From Sphagnum compactum (lineage: Eukaryota): a DNA stretch of 64,000 nt. The DNA lies in contig OZ234493.1 of NCBI GenBank assembly GCA_965153455.1, positions 9,228,213 to 9,292,212 on the forward strand. Reading direction: 5' to 3'. The position numbers were made by a program, and so were the translations under genes. The notes below the pieces were generated by a model. The model did not search any database. It saw only the letters and a program-made list of their open reading frames with translations, and had not been told where the DNA came from. Shown one piece after another: positions 14,246 through 28,206 of the stretch. The stretch's first letter is position 1; each line of letters opens with the position of its first letter.

Positions 14246-15309
14246 GTTATTTGTTACTATTGGTGAAAACCATGGCAATGATTTTATAATAGTAGAAACA
14301 TCATGTTGTTGTTGATGAAGAGAATATTAATGATGATGATGTTGCAATAGCAACAACATGAGTAATTGACATTTTTTGGCAACATAAAGTTTTAAAATAT
14401 TGTTACCATCTAATATTAAAATGTTGTAAATAATGTACATTAAAATTATAAATGTTATTTTTCATTGTGTGTATAAGAAAAGGTAACAACGAATTGAAGC
14501 ACCGCATTACCTTGTTGTAGGTCACATCAAGTTGCAATAAATAATTTGCCATTTTAATTTTTTATTACAATTGTTTACTCTTGGGCGAGCTTGAAGCTTC
14601 CCAACACTAGTGATAGTGAATGGCTACTATCACCATTACTAGGGAGCTTCAAGTTTTTTTTTTTGGGATTGAATATGGCCAAAATATATGTATATTTTCT
14701 TAATGATGTGCTTATAAATGAAAATAAAATTGATGAACTAGAAATAAAAGAAGAAGGAACAAAGCATTAATTAACCATTGTTTTGTTTTTAAATGGCACA
14801 TCCTCGAAAGAAACCTAGATGCCAAGGAAAGACATCAATTAATGATAATCAACATCAAATGAATGTTACAATAAATGAGCAAATTGAAATAAAACAAAGA
14901 ATTGTCATATATACACCCGTTCTTGGAGGTAAATATCTTGTGATGGATTATGTGGCTCATATGTTAGGGTTTTAAAAAGTTTAATTTAACCCAAACATTT
15001 CAAAAAATCCCAACCTATCTTCATTTTCTATCCAAAAGTGGGGATGGGTAAATTTTTTGCCCATTTTTTTCCAAGCAATACCCATATGTTTAGATAGGTG
15101 TTTCTTCCACTTAACACCAAACAATACCGTTATATAATGGGTTTAGGGTGTAATTTTTGTTTGTAACACCCTCATCGTGTTTACCATCCACTTATTGGTT
15201 TAATTGCAATACACTCATCATGTATAAATGAATATTTCATCTTTTTGGGCAACATTCACATCCATTTCATAATTATGGTATTTTTGTAAGGGAAATGGTT
15301 TTTCCAAAG

Positions 15310-15920
15310 GTGATCATGGAAAAATCCCACCAAAACATGTAATGGAACATGCAAATTGGGTGCATGAGGGGTCAAGGTGGGTGTGTAAAATTGATGGATG
15401 CACTAATAGTTATGCGACTAAATGGTTGTTTTGTTAACATTTGAACAATAAACGCGGGCTTCACATGGAAGTATGTAAATTTAGCTATCCTTTTTCTATT
15501 CATTTTGGGGGGCCAAGGTGGCAAGACCACCACGCCATGAATGCTTGCATTTTGAACAACCCACATGCACAACAAATTTGTAATGAAAATAAGGCAATTG
15601 ATTAAACAAGAAATCAAGTTAAAGGTGAGTGAGATTGATTTCAAATTGAAGCGCAATGCCTCAAGGAGGTTTGATGACCTTTATTGGCAAGATTAGCCAT
15701 TAACAAATTGTTGCACGTCATTAGCATACCTATGTGGGGAATGGGGTCTATCCCATGTAATGTATTTTCATGAATTGAAAAGGATGATAATTTGTTAAAA
15801 CAATTTGGGTGAGTAAAGTTGGTTAAACAAAGCCTTTTAAACTCACATGGGATGCTCCTAATTAGAATCCCAAACCCACCAAGGGCAATCAAGAAAAGGA
15901 GATCTGCAAATTGTATGCAA
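15310..15920 (+). pseudogene. C2H2 zinc-finger accessory gene of MULE C (degenerate); possible first exon at 14793 (MAHPRKKPR, NLS-like)
   Basis: Translates as WVHEGSRWVCKIDGCTNSYATKWLFC*HLNNKRG (Cx4Cx12H), then HHAMNACILNNPHAQQ...PLLARLAINKLL..WGMG..IEKDDNLL; homologous to the split ORF in element A. Confidence 0.6.
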
Positions 15921-17929
15921 ATATCCTAAATCAGAAATTATTCATAATGATGTGTTTGTAAACCGTTAATTTTATTTTTGCATTGTTTTCCATCATGCAT
16001 TTGAATGATGCTAAGAGGGCCACAGGGTTGTCTCTATTCAAAAGTTGGGTTATATTTTGATTATTGCCAATCTGAAATGATGTTTGCACATCAATGTAAT
16101 AATAACCTTATTTCAATGCAAAAAAAGTCTAATGTTCATATTCTAAATTTAAGTAAAAATCTTTTACAACTATAATCCAACTAATAAGCAATATACATAC
16201 AAATTGTAGTTAATAAATAATGTACATATAGTTTACAACTATAATGCAATTGACAAGCGACATACACCATGTCATAATTGACTTAACATTCAAATAAAAA
16301 ACACATCGTAGCAATATAATGGTTAAATTACAAGTTCTACATTTACAAACAACCATCTAAATAAAAATAAAAATTTCATAATTAAAAAAGAAAATATACT
16401 GGTCTTGAATTTTTTTCACATGTAGGTGTGTAAACTTACTTTGACTTTCATTGTTTTAGCATGAAAGTTTATTGAATTTTGAATGCATTGAAATGTGCAT
16501 CATCAAAGTTTACAATCAATAATTCATTTTAGTTGTATAAAATTTAACAACCTAAATGTTTAATATTCATGCAAGTAGTTGAAATTTAGTTGTACATTAG
16601 TTGTAATGGACATTTAGTTGCATGGTAGTCTAGTTTTAGTAGACACAATTTCTCAGAATTCAAGCTAAAAAATATTGAAATTTATCATGGAGGATTTATA
16701 CATGTACAAAACAATGACATTGGCAATGCAATATATTCATTGCTTCAATCTCATTTACAAACAACCATTCAAATACAAAATAAAGTGTCATAAGAAAAAT
16801 TGAAGTACATTGGTTTTGAATATTTTCACATGTAGATGTAACCGTAACTTCACATTTGTTGGACCATAGCACAACAATAGATTAAACTTGAATGTTTTGG
16901 GACACGCAATATCAAAATTCATAATCAATATTTCATTTTAGTTGTATAAAACTAACAACTTAACAACAATATATTATTATGCATAAGAAGAATGAATGAT
17001 ATTGCAAATGCACAAAGACCATGAATGTCAAAATTGAATTTTCTATTCATTACACCCAATAACTAAAAGTTCTTATAATTTCACACAATCTTAAGAATAA
17101 GATTTTTATGGTTTCAATCAATGATATAAAAATAACAATGATTTGGACAAAGAAATGAACAACAAAAAAAAGGTCTTCATTTCATGTTATTTAAATAAAA
17201 ATGAAATTTTTGTTTATCTAACTTGAACATTTCATTATTTGAACTAAAAGTTGAAATGCAAAAGATTGTCACATAATATGTCTCTTGGTTACTTCATAAA
17301 AAACCAAATAATAATAATTAAAAGGAACAATCATTTCCTCATTCATCATTTATATTTTTTTGACACTAAGCACAAGTGCATAATAACCATAGATGTAAAA
17401 CCTACAACCAAATGTCATATGGCTTTGCATATCTTGTGCAAATTTGAAACTTGAAATCTATATGTATAGTTGAAATTAGTTGTACACCAATTGCAATGGA
17501 CATTCAATTGCATGGTAATTGATAACTAATTACAAAGGAATTGAAAGTTTTAGATTTAATGGATGGTGGCAGTGCATACATGTGGCATGACTATATACAT
17601 CAATGACATGCACTAATTGCAAGGTAGATGCTAGTTGAATGTTACATTTTTGCTAATTATATGGTGCTTGTCATTCACAAAGTTTTCATGCAAATTGTTC
17701 ACAAATTCAAAATATGGTTGACCACAATTGTATATATTGTTGTTTTACATCAGTATAAGGCTCCATCTTGTAATTAACATGCAACTACAATAAAACTCTA
17801 TGAATTTTTGACATGGCATTTTATTTTGTAATTCCCGATTTTATATGGAAATGTAGTTGTAACATAATTACGCATTAATTGCTTTTGAACAAGGCATTGA
17901 AGTTTCCATGGACACTATTTATCATTATT

Positions 17930-20740
17930 CATGTTGAACATGAAGGCAATTACATGATGCCCATTGAGAAATTGGGTTGTGGATAATATATTGAATGTGT
18001 GGTCATTTGGAAAAGGTTACAAATGTTGGTTGCCCATCATACTTCAATAATGTAACATTATTGTCAACAATGTTTTATGGCCTCAAATATAACCTTCTAG
18101 TAAGCTCGTGAATGCATTGGTCCATGTGATGACCAACCATCTTACTTTTTTCAACTTTTAATTGAAAATTTAGTGTTTTACAATACCTTTCAATTGTTGC
18201 ATTAGTATCTTGCCCAACATATGGCAAAATTTTGTACCTAACCACCACCACACATATGAGTTTTAAACAAGTAATTTTCCTCCATATAATCCCAAAATGC
18301 ATTTGTTGTAAGGTATTTGAGGGTCAAAGATCTCGACTTGCCCATGGCCCATGTTCTAATACCAATTCCAAATGGACCCACCTTATCATACATAATGTTG
18401 CCCACCCTTACAACACCTTGACATATAGCTCTAGGTTTTTTAATCTTAATGCATGCTTGCATTTGGCATGTTCTTTTCACATGTCATGTGTGAAGGAAGA
18501 TGGTTGTGTAAGGCCATATAATTCTATAAGAAGGCAAAGACACATGAGGGTGTAATGGGAAAGTTAAACCATGGATTGGACAAGGAAAATGACATACAAT
18601 AAAAATAACATTAGTATCAAAAACATTAATTAAAGTTAATTCTAGATAATGCTTGTGGGGGATTAGTTGAGGCTATTTATATTTCCTTTTGTACAATCAA
18701 TATGAAAATATTGGGTAGCCAATTTGGATTATTTTGGTGAATGTGATCATTCAAAGCACACATCCATCGTGTTGGATTTTTTTTTTGACAACAATGTGAT
18801 ACAATATGCAACCGAAATGCTATTGTGCCACTCATCAAACATCATCATTGTATAAAATAAGAATAAAATCACAACAATATAAAGGTAGAAATTAGTTTGT
18901 GCAACATCTACAATTGAAATGGTGAAGGACAATTAAACACAAAACATGTTTCACTACACGTAAGGATTTGAAACACCTTGTTTTCATTGGTACCAAATGT
19001 GGCATCAATAGCAACAATCTTTTGGTGCCCATGTACAATCATCATCTCCTTTTGCATTGTGTTTGGATTCCCACAATGAAGGGCATATTGTGTCCTATCA
19101 ATGAACCTTTTATTTCAAGGTCAAATTTTCAATAGTAAAACACATAATGTGGATTTTGTTGGACATGCATATGCACACGTTTTGCATCATTTTTGTGTAG
19201 TTGGTATGTTTCATGGGCTAGCTTTCTTAATAGGAATCGAACATCTTATTAAGTGAAGAACATGTCCTTAGTCAATTCCAATCAACCATTCATGATGTCC
19301 TCGGCTTGGAGTTTGTGTTTGGCCATTATCTAGGACATTAAAAGCCCAAGCTTCAACCGTTCAATAACAAAATCCTTCATATCTTGTGACAAATGTGCTA
19401 AGAAATCAAACCTCTCCAACTTTTAGGTCCTCATGAACATGTAAATTATTTGCATTACAATGTTTTTGTTGGATGAAACACACTTTTGATATGTGTTTTA
19501 TAAAAAAATAGGGTATTCATTATGAAGTTGGCTTTAATGTAATCCCTTTTGATGGAGCTTCCTAGTTTTTTATCTGAATCCCTTGATCCCTTGTCACTTT
19601 ACTTGTAACATTATATTTTTTGGGCTATAAATTATGCTATTAAATAGTCTTCAACAATGTTGGTGAAGTCATTAAGACCATATTGACATTGGTACCTATG
19701 GAAAGTAGTTAATAATTGGGCATAAACATGTTAAAGTAGGTCAAAAAAGTATCATGAGAATGTAGGAAAACAAAATTGTCAACTTTGGAAGTTAAAAAGT
19801 AGGACACGTTCTTTGAAAATTAATGTTTAAATTACATGAGCATATGTTGTATGACTTGAAAAAGTTTTTAAAAGCTTAAGATGTTGCGTTTACATTTTTT
19901 CCAACCTACTTTCATTCGCTTTTTTTGATTTGGTGTTGTCCCATTTTGCACAAAGTAAACATAAAGTATAATCATGATCTTTCAGTTTTTAAATTCATTC
20001 TCATGGCTTCCTCAAAGAATGTATAAAGTGTGCTTTATCATGTTACAAACACAAAATACATTTGTAATTCATATTGAAAAGTAAGTTTTAATTGCTTTAG
20101 ACTTATGTAAGAATTTTTTTTACTTTGAAAGGCTTAACATTGTCATAATTGAAAGATTCAAGTTCCAAAAATTATGTATCAATATGCATGATGGTTCGAG
20201 CATTAATAACACCATTTGAATAATTTGATTTGGAAAATGTATCATATATAAACTTGCAATAAATAAATAAAATAGCTTGAATATTGGGCATGGCCATGTA
20301 TGGTTTATTTGATATGGCAAGTATTCCCCAAATTTTACAATATCGTTTAAAGGCTTGAAACTTGAAAAATGCAAAATCTACTTTCCACTTACTTTTACTT
20401 TTTGAACAAGAATCACCAATTGGCCTACTTTAGCATGCTTGCACGCCCACTTGCACAATCAATGTTTCATCATGTATCAGTAAATATCACTTTTGAATTC
20501 AATATCACTTTTGATTCAAGGTTCTTGTAGTGTTTCACTAATGTTACATTTTCAACAAACAAATTGACACTTCCCACCAAGTATGGTCTCTTCACCACTT
20601 ATAAAGGAAGCACTCAATTTGTGGGATGAATACAACTTCAACAAAGTAAACCTTTTGTTGTGCCCATGTGTGTTAAATAACCACATCCCAAAAGAAGTCT
20701 CGACAATCACATGACTCCATTTGATGGGGTTTGAAAGCAT
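17930..20740 (-). pseudogene. Mutator-like (MULE/SWIM) transposase pseudogene, left copy
   Basis: Mirror of 33917-36705. Confidence 0.75.
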
Positions 20741-21289
20741 TGCTCTAATGTAAGAAGGTCAAGGGCATGGATGTCCCATGGAGATTTGAAGCCACTATAT
20801 ATGGAACTTGGATCCAAGAATTTTTGCATTGCCAATTTATATACAATCAATGTTTCTATGTTTTGAAAATAATTCATGTAACTTTCAAAAACTAAAGCTT
20901 TGACATAATGTCTAATTACTCATATTATGGATTCATTGAAAAATCAATCTTGTATTAAGCAATGATATTTTAAGGAAACATGTAATGCACCATGCATTAA
21001 AACAAACAATGCACAACTTACTTTTTGTTAATTGTGAAGTGTAAAACCCTAACCCATCTTTAAAATTTAAATGTTATAAGAACTATCACTGAAGTGGTTA
21101 TATAAAAAATATTATAACATTAAATTAACGAAAATTAATGAAATGTGAATTACACCCAAGTAAACATACCCTTAAACCATTGAAATTTCCAACAAGTAAT
21201 AAAACATAATGGGATTGATTGATATTAAAGGAATCTAGAATAAAATTAATTTGTATGTGTATAATTAATGGATGCAAAACTTAAACTTG

Positions 21290-22470
21290 GTAGTGTATTC
21301 CTTGAGAGAAGGATCTTGGTTTGAAATGCCAAATATTTATGCTTGCATATGTGTTGCAAGAAAAATCACCATTCAAATTAGCTATGTGATTTCAATGACT
21401 CTAACTATAATAATACATCATTGAATAAATAAATATTATGTTATTTTGTCATTGATAAGGAATTGTCCTTAAAACTTGCAATGTATAATTACATGTAACT
21501 TTTAAAGTCTTAAAGTGATTGTATTGGCCTTTGATGACTCTAGATGTATTTGTGAAATATTGGGAACCTAACTTGACAATAATAAGTAACTTGAGGATTA
21601 TAAAAGTGTTTTTATTATGATGAAATTATTTATTTATTAAATAGCGTATTACCTAACAAAAGGACTACTTATTTGAAATTATCACCATTTCAACTCGTCA
21701 TGTGATATGAAGAAACAAATAAACATCATTGTGTGTTAATGACAACAACAAAGTATGAGAAATAATTGTGTTGAGTAATTTCTTATATTTGTTGTGTAGA
21801 ATTTGAAAATGTTCAAATGTAGTTTTTTGGGAAGATCTTTCTTATTATATTGCCAAGCTTTCACATTTGTTATTAATCATGGTGATGCAAAGGTTAGCAT
21901 CATTGTTACATGACATTAAAACATTGAAACCTTAATACAATACTAAACACCAATTCCAATGATTTAAAAAACAACAATTTCTAGTAGTTGGTTAAAACAA
22001 TTGGTAGCTTGATATCAAGAAAATTTTCATGCAAATGAACATCTTTAAGTTCATAGGCCAATAATTGTATGCATTCAACAAAATATGAACTTCATACAAG
22101 GTTCATGTCTACAACTTTGTGTACACAAATATATGGTAGGAAAAGTTGAAGAAAATGTACTTTAAAGCTTCACAAATAGAAAAAATAAAAATCATCAATA
22201 TATTATTTGGAGTTCCCATCAAGTGTGCATTGAACCACCTTTCAAAACTTCGTTGAAGCTTTGATTAAATGTGCAAAAAAACCTCCCATTCATGAATTTG
22301 TGAAGCTTACACCAATTGTTCATGAAACCTTTCATCAATTGTGTTTCAAAGATGCATTGAAGCCTAAAGTGAAGTTGAGGTGGACACTACAAATAATAAC
22401 CCTAATTTCCAATAGGGAATTGTTCATTCTAAAAACTATTTATAAGATCCATGCATTACATTTGAAACGT
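21290..22470 (+). pseudogene. Degenerate coding-like segment, possibly Ulp1/peptidase C48-like
   Basis: Fragments SLREGSWFEMPNIYAC, NKHHCVLM and CIQQNMNFIQGSCLQLCV occur in the order expected for the Ulp1 WL..., HW.L and QQ.N..DCG motifs, but each match is weak. Confidence 0.2.
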
Positions 22471-24327
22471 TAACAAAACATTGATCTTTTGTTAGTGTTT
22501 TAACATGAGACATGGTGGGTGAGAAATTTGAAATAGTGATGACCACTTGAACCCTAATTTTTGCACTATTGAATGGGACACTCAAAGGTTTCTTAAACTA
22601 CTAAATCAAAAGCAATATTTTTTTTTCTGGCAATTAATCACCAAATTTCAACTTGAACTTTTTTAATAATTTTTTTGTGAAAATAATTCTCTTTGTTTAA
22701 AAAAATGCCCATTTTTTTATCAAAATTTTTTGGGGGACAAAATTTCAGTAATATAAACATGCCGGTTATGTTCAATACTTTAGTGTTTCAACAGCCATGC
22801 CATCGTGGATGGATACATGATGACATGACGGTCAAGACAACCCATGCATGAATGATGTAAGCCCATTTGCCATATACATATATAGAAGAAAGCAACTATA
22901 TATGCCATCAAAAGTTAAAAACACTGAGACAATAATGGACATTGAAATGACCAAAGTGATGCAATGCTTTCATTTTACTTTTTTTTTAACCCTTTTTTAT
23001 TTTCATGTGCTCCCATTTTGTCAAGGGCAGCAACCCATTATTGAGTGGGCCAAAGGGTTGTCTAAAGTAGGCACCCAAGGTGTAAAAAGAACCTGACCCA
23101 CACAAAGTTCCAGAAATGTTTGCCTGGTGTTTTTCTCTTTGACCCAGAGACCAAAGTATACCATGTACACTTCGAGAAAGTACCATATAGACCCCCCCCC
23201 CCTTCACTGGAGTCTGACCTCACTCTACTTCACCTTAGTGCAAGCTCCTACCGCTCTCCTGTTGGCGTTTCTGTCCCCTTTTGGTCTCCAAAGTCTTTGC
23301 CAAAATGATGATGATCAGTGGGACAGACTTTTTGGCAAAAGAACCAAATGAGTAGCAATCAATACATCAATGCCCAATGAGATTGGCATTTGGTGAATTT
23401 TCTTTTTTTGTTTTCTAAAGTTAGCCAATTGGCTACTAGGTAGGTATTCTTTTTCAAAATGGTTAAGAAAATGTGGCTTTTCCGGGTTTTTTAGTCGCCG
23501 AATTTTGACCTTTGTATTAAAAAATTTAATCACCAGGTTTTTCTCTATCGGGTTCTAGTATGCAGCCAAAAAATGTGAAGGATGCTTAAACTTTTTAAAT
23601 TTTTTCACATCTTGTTTATAACCAAATTTGGCTAAAATGTCTTACACATGATCGTCATTTCAGGTACATCACAATAATAAATTAATCTAAATCTTATAAT
23701 TTTTTTTAAAAAAAAAACCCTGAGCACATGTGAACTTACCAAGAAAAAATGGCACCCAATGAAAATTTCAAAGGTACAAAACTGAATCAGTGGACAATTT
23801 CAAGTTTGGCAGGGATGACAAAGTACATGTGTTTGTTTGTTCCTGTTGTTATTCGCTCTCTCAGGCTTTAGAAAGGTATGCTAATCATGTTGTCCAACAA
23901 CACATGGGACACACATGCTACTTACTATCTTGACTAAAATTTAATCTTTACACAAAAAGCCCAAATATTTGGGCCTCAGGACAATGTCACGGTGCATGCC
24001 TACCACATAGCCATCCTCTAGTTGTGTTCACACTGTACAACATAGTTGATGCACATTACATGTCATGGTCCAGTACTATCAGCTCTCAAGTGTGGGTGGC
24101 CAATTGTTCTATTATTTGGGCTAACTTGTGTGATACCGTAGCAATTGAACGATTTCGACATAACTTAAATGATTCTTCATTTTGCCGAATTTTTGAATTT
24201 TTGAAAATGAATTGTGCTGAAATTCTTATGAAATTAGGTTTGATCAGCAGACCTTAAAGTTCGAGGACTAGACACACTAGCCTGTCTCATATTCTTAAAG
24301 AGTACGTTTGATATTTATTATAACCAT

Positions 24328-24720
24328 TAATAGAGTTATCTGTAAAGTAACCCTCTCTTCACGGGCCTCCTTTCACCCCCTATCCCCTCTTTCAGTGTTA
24401 TCCGCAAATTAAAGACATTTTAGGAAATGTCAGTATGAAATGCTGATACTCAGCATTTAATGCACAAGGTTCCAGACTAATTATAGTAGATGTAGAGTTA
24501 GGAGCAGTGAAAATATATGTAGCAGCAGTGGATGCGCTCAGGGAAAAGGAAAGATAGGATGAAACTCAGTTTACCACCAAATTGATGGTTTTCTGAGTTT
24601 CATCCCCCATTGAATGCTAATGTACTTTTTCGCAGGTTTTAGTTTTGAATCTCATGCTGTGTATGACCATACTCAGGGTTCTGGTGCTTTGTATTTCTTA
24701 CTTTACAGATAACTCTATTA
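24328..24720. mobile_element. MITE with perfect 23-bp terminal inverted repeats
   Basis: taatagagttatctgtaaagtaa (24328-24350) and its exact reverse complement ttactttacagataactctatta (24698-24720); the outer TA could be the TSD. Confidence 0.75.
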
Positions 24721-24963
24721 TCTGCCGAAATGTTCAGAATTAAAAAACCAAGAGCCAAAGTTAAGATTTAAAATTTAATTATTTATTCGACAGTTGTTGT
24801 CAGGGAGTAGGGGTAGTCTGAAACACATGGGTTCCATAGCCATATGACTAGAGACAATTTTTTACCTTTCATCAGGAAATTAGGTTGGGACAAATAGAGG
24901 TAGCAACAGATGGTTATGTGGGGTTTGTTTTCTCTGTAAATCCAGAATGGGTGGCCAGGTAAC

Positions 24964-25101
24964 CTGTTCCACCTTTGGTTTAATGGGACCAACAGTTACA
25001 CTTATACCGTCACCACCTTGGTCGAGGCCTCTTAGACTGTCTGAGGGCAGCAATACCCGTAGTGTAAGGTCAGTTTTCACATCGACAAACTGAGTTTGGA
25101 C
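24964..25101 (-). pseudogene. Orphan exon-like relic of an unidentified gene
   Basis: 138 nt stop-free (VQTQFVDVKTDLTLRVLLPSDSLRGLDQGGDGISVTVGPIKPKVEQ), donor CAG|gttacc, acceptor-like tacctacaa (AG apparently mutated), higher GC than the flanks. Confidence 0.3.
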
Positions 25102-25229
25102 TTGTAGGTATGTAATGAGGGGCATCATAACCCTAAAAATCTTGATTTGTGATGAGAGTTTTTTTTTTTTCTGGGTGCCCTACTTGTGTATGTGACTGTA
25201 TGCTTGTAGATGCTATATCAGTCACAAAA

Positions 25230-26900
25230 ATCCCCCAATAAAAGAACGATGGCCAAAACCATCCCAAGGGAGAGAAAAAGGGGGAGGTCGAAGAAAGGCC
25301 AAAAGACGCATAGCCCAAAGGGCCCAAAAAGAGGGAGAAAGCTAGTTTTTCTCATCGTAGGAAGCTATTTCACCCACGGCGCCTCTAATGTCACCAGCAT
25401 GCAAATCGTGAGATCTAATAGTAGTGGGAGGTCTAGAACAAGCATCACCTGTTAACGCAATCTTCTTCTCTATAACAAACGCTAAAGCACGTTGGAAAGC
25501 AATACTAACACGTTGCTTGAAAAATTGAATGCAAAAAGACAAGGATAAATGACCTTTCGATCATCTATCATGGAAAAGACGAGCACACTCCCTAATGAAA
25601 CAATCCATATCACGTTGGGGTGTGCCATGCACCTCCATGGCCATCAGATTAGTATGGTGCCTTTCCTAAAACTCTTTATATTTGCAGATCTTAGCAATGA
25701 CGCTAAATTTCGCAGTTGCACCAGTTGGTCGACTAATGACACTCGAAGCCACCATCTCCTGTGTCAAATCAATAACCACCACATCAGCAACGAAGACATG
25801 GTCCTTTCGGGTCATGTAGACATTAACTCATAATGAAACTCTTGACATAAGGACGTACCACCGCACTTTCCATATAGTGTGTTCACTTTCTCAAGCGAGG
25901 GCATACATGACGTTTCAAATGGCATCATGTGTGCCATCCACTAACCTCCAAATAGGCAACGAGCTAAATGCGTGCCAAATGCGTCCACCCTGTGTCCACA
26001 CTCATATGTGAGAAGACTAGATGTCAAAAGTTGAATCAAACCGAGGTGAAAATGCAACACTGAAGTGAAAATAAAATGTGTGATGTGAAACAAACAGATA
26101 GATGGCCTAATAATCAACCATAGCCCTACCCCCTTGCCTGAACAAGAACAAATGCGAGCTCTAGATGTTGAAGAAATGGAGCCATCCTCTAAGATAGACA
26201 TGAGGGATGTGTCATGGGGGATGTCCATCAAAGAAACATGTAGACCTAGGTGCCAGTAACAGCCAGACTATTAAAAGAAGAGTGCATCTCCCTAGCTGCA
26301 AGAAACATGTCATCTCGCGCTGCACGTAGGCATGACTGAAATAGGTGTGGGCCCTTTCAACCCGAGAAACATACTCCTCCAAATCAGGCCTATCGAAAAT
26401 ATGAAACCTAAAACACAAATATGGAGCCTCCAGATACCAACTCCTTAAAAAAGCAAATGGGGCACAGTCCTCTATAAAACAAAGGCCTATACCACCAAAG
26501 GATATTGATAGTCGAGCTTGATGCCTTGCTAAGGGGCCTTGAAAAGACTCCTATGATCCTGGATCCATAATGTCCCCACATACCTACATAACTCTCCTAT
26601 TGAAACATGCCAAAAAAAACAAGAAGGAAATAGAAGGAAATATTGTCCATGTGAGATAAGAAGATCAACAAGATACACATGTGGACAAAATGCTCAACGT
26701 AACCTGGGCATCTCTTAGGAGAGGAAAATCATCATTATGCGCCACGTTCTGAAATAAAGCCCCATTCGAAAATTGCGTGTCAAAGTCCTGATAACTCATT
26801 AACACACCCAAAATGCGAAGGCCATCTGTGACCAAAGTGTAGTTGTGATGAATCTTTATGCCTAGAGAAATCCTTGAAGGACTCCAAAACTTGCACAAAT
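25230..26900 (-). mobile_element. 5'-truncated CRE-like non-LTR retrotransposon (3' half)
   Basis: GLRILGVLM (RT end), ARICSCSGKGVGLWL, ECGHRVDAFGTHLARC (zinc knuckle), FFKQRVSIAFQRALA (RLE tail); same clade as 3560-6150. Confidence 0.7.
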
Positions 26901-28206
26901 TTTGCTATATCTAGCGTAGGAATGTTGAATTTGGATTTAAAAAGCCCTTAGAAATGTCAAATTTTGATTTAAAAACCTTGATTTAACATGTATTTAATTG
27001 CAAAATATTATGTTAGTGTTTGATTTCCAAGATGGTTACCTAGTGAGAATTTTATGGGCTCTAATGCGACGCCTTGCATGATTTTGCACAAGGTTTGATT
27101 AATGTCATGCAAAAAAATATATATATAAAAGAAATTTTTGATATTATAAATGTTGGAAACTAGGCTAATAGTGAATATTGTTTCTTTGGTTTCCCAATGC
27201 TTAGGGTTTAAATCCTTGTGGGGAGAATATTATAATTTTTTATGTTAGGACAAGTTTTATGTTTTGACATTGTAGGATAGCAAATACACATTGTTTGGGC
27301 AATATTTAATGCCTTCCATTTGATTTAGACATGAAAACTTTCAATATTGCTATTGTTATATACAATACTCTTGGAGTCAAAGTATTAATGCAAAACACAA
27401 TTAGAATAAAAGATTTGTGGGTATTAAGGGGCAATGAATTTTTGGGGGTGAATTATCACCATTTTGTGTAAAATATTCTTTTGAAAATATTATGTTACAA
27501 ATTCCTTTTTTTTTTGAAAAAATAATCAAGCAAAAAAGAACTCAGAAACATTGTCACAATTGCCTACAATATGAAGGTGTGCTTCAAATTTTATACTTGT
27601 ATATTTTGAATATCAACAAATTTGGCTAAACATACTTATGGACTATCTCCACTTGAGTAAGACCATGAAATTGAGGGGGAAAAAAACATATTGGTTGGGG
27701 GTGGCATCCAGTCATTTTGCAAAGAGACAAAATGGTAATGATGAATGCTTTTATGACACCACAACAACCCTAATTTCTTGCAACTTTCCTACCCCTTTCA
27801 ATTGAGTTTGAAACCAGGACCTTTTTAATGCCACAGAGTCCCAGAATGGAAGGGGCTATACAAGTGAGCCATCACCCTTGGGACATTGTAGCCATTGAGA
27901 GTTTCCTAAACCTCATCATGCTTTAGCCCCTTGGGCCATTGAAAGGAGCATTTTCTGTTGGGGCACAGGCTTCTTGTGACCTGTCTAGCCTTGTTAGAGC
28001 AGCTCCAACCTCGTCCCCCCCTATTTGGGACTCTACCATGATTTATTTCATCCAACATAGAGTGGTGTTAATTAATTCTCTATTCCGCACCCCTAAACAT
28101 GAAAGGCAAGAAACTATCTAAAAATCAACCATTTGGGTCATTATTAATTAGAAATGACCAAATGAGATCAATCATTGTATTGTGGAGTGCCTTTCAAAAG
28201 CACTAA

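Larger units (their letters stand above)
10252..21044 (+). repeat. Left arm of ~10.8-kb inverted duplication
   Basis: Reverse complement of 33613-44416. Many mirror ORF pairs are identical or nearly so (12702-13274 vs 41360-41932; 18075-18302 vs 36334-36561; 20552-20740 vs 33917-34105). Homology starts at aattatggatgtgaat and ends at gaagtgtaa. Confidence 0.97.
12592..22500. mobile_element. MULE element C (left copy): family TIR, tandem arrays, zinc-finger gene and transposase; second end not identified
   Basis: Starts ggcttaagtgacctagccctgtgactccacca, the same TIR family as elements A and B; inserted in a dispersed repeat after ...gagttgaacttt. The right boundary is approximate, and linkage of the transposase to this TIR is inferred from proximity. 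Confidence 0.6.

Noticed and set aside
22653-22661. ttgaacttt matching the expected TSD of element C
   Set aside because: Not preceded by the family TIR; lies in an unrelated T-rich repeat
24465-24545. Possible exon (ASTAATYIFTAPNSTSTIISLEP, minus strand)
   Set aside because: Lies inside the 24328-24720 MITE; splice sites weak
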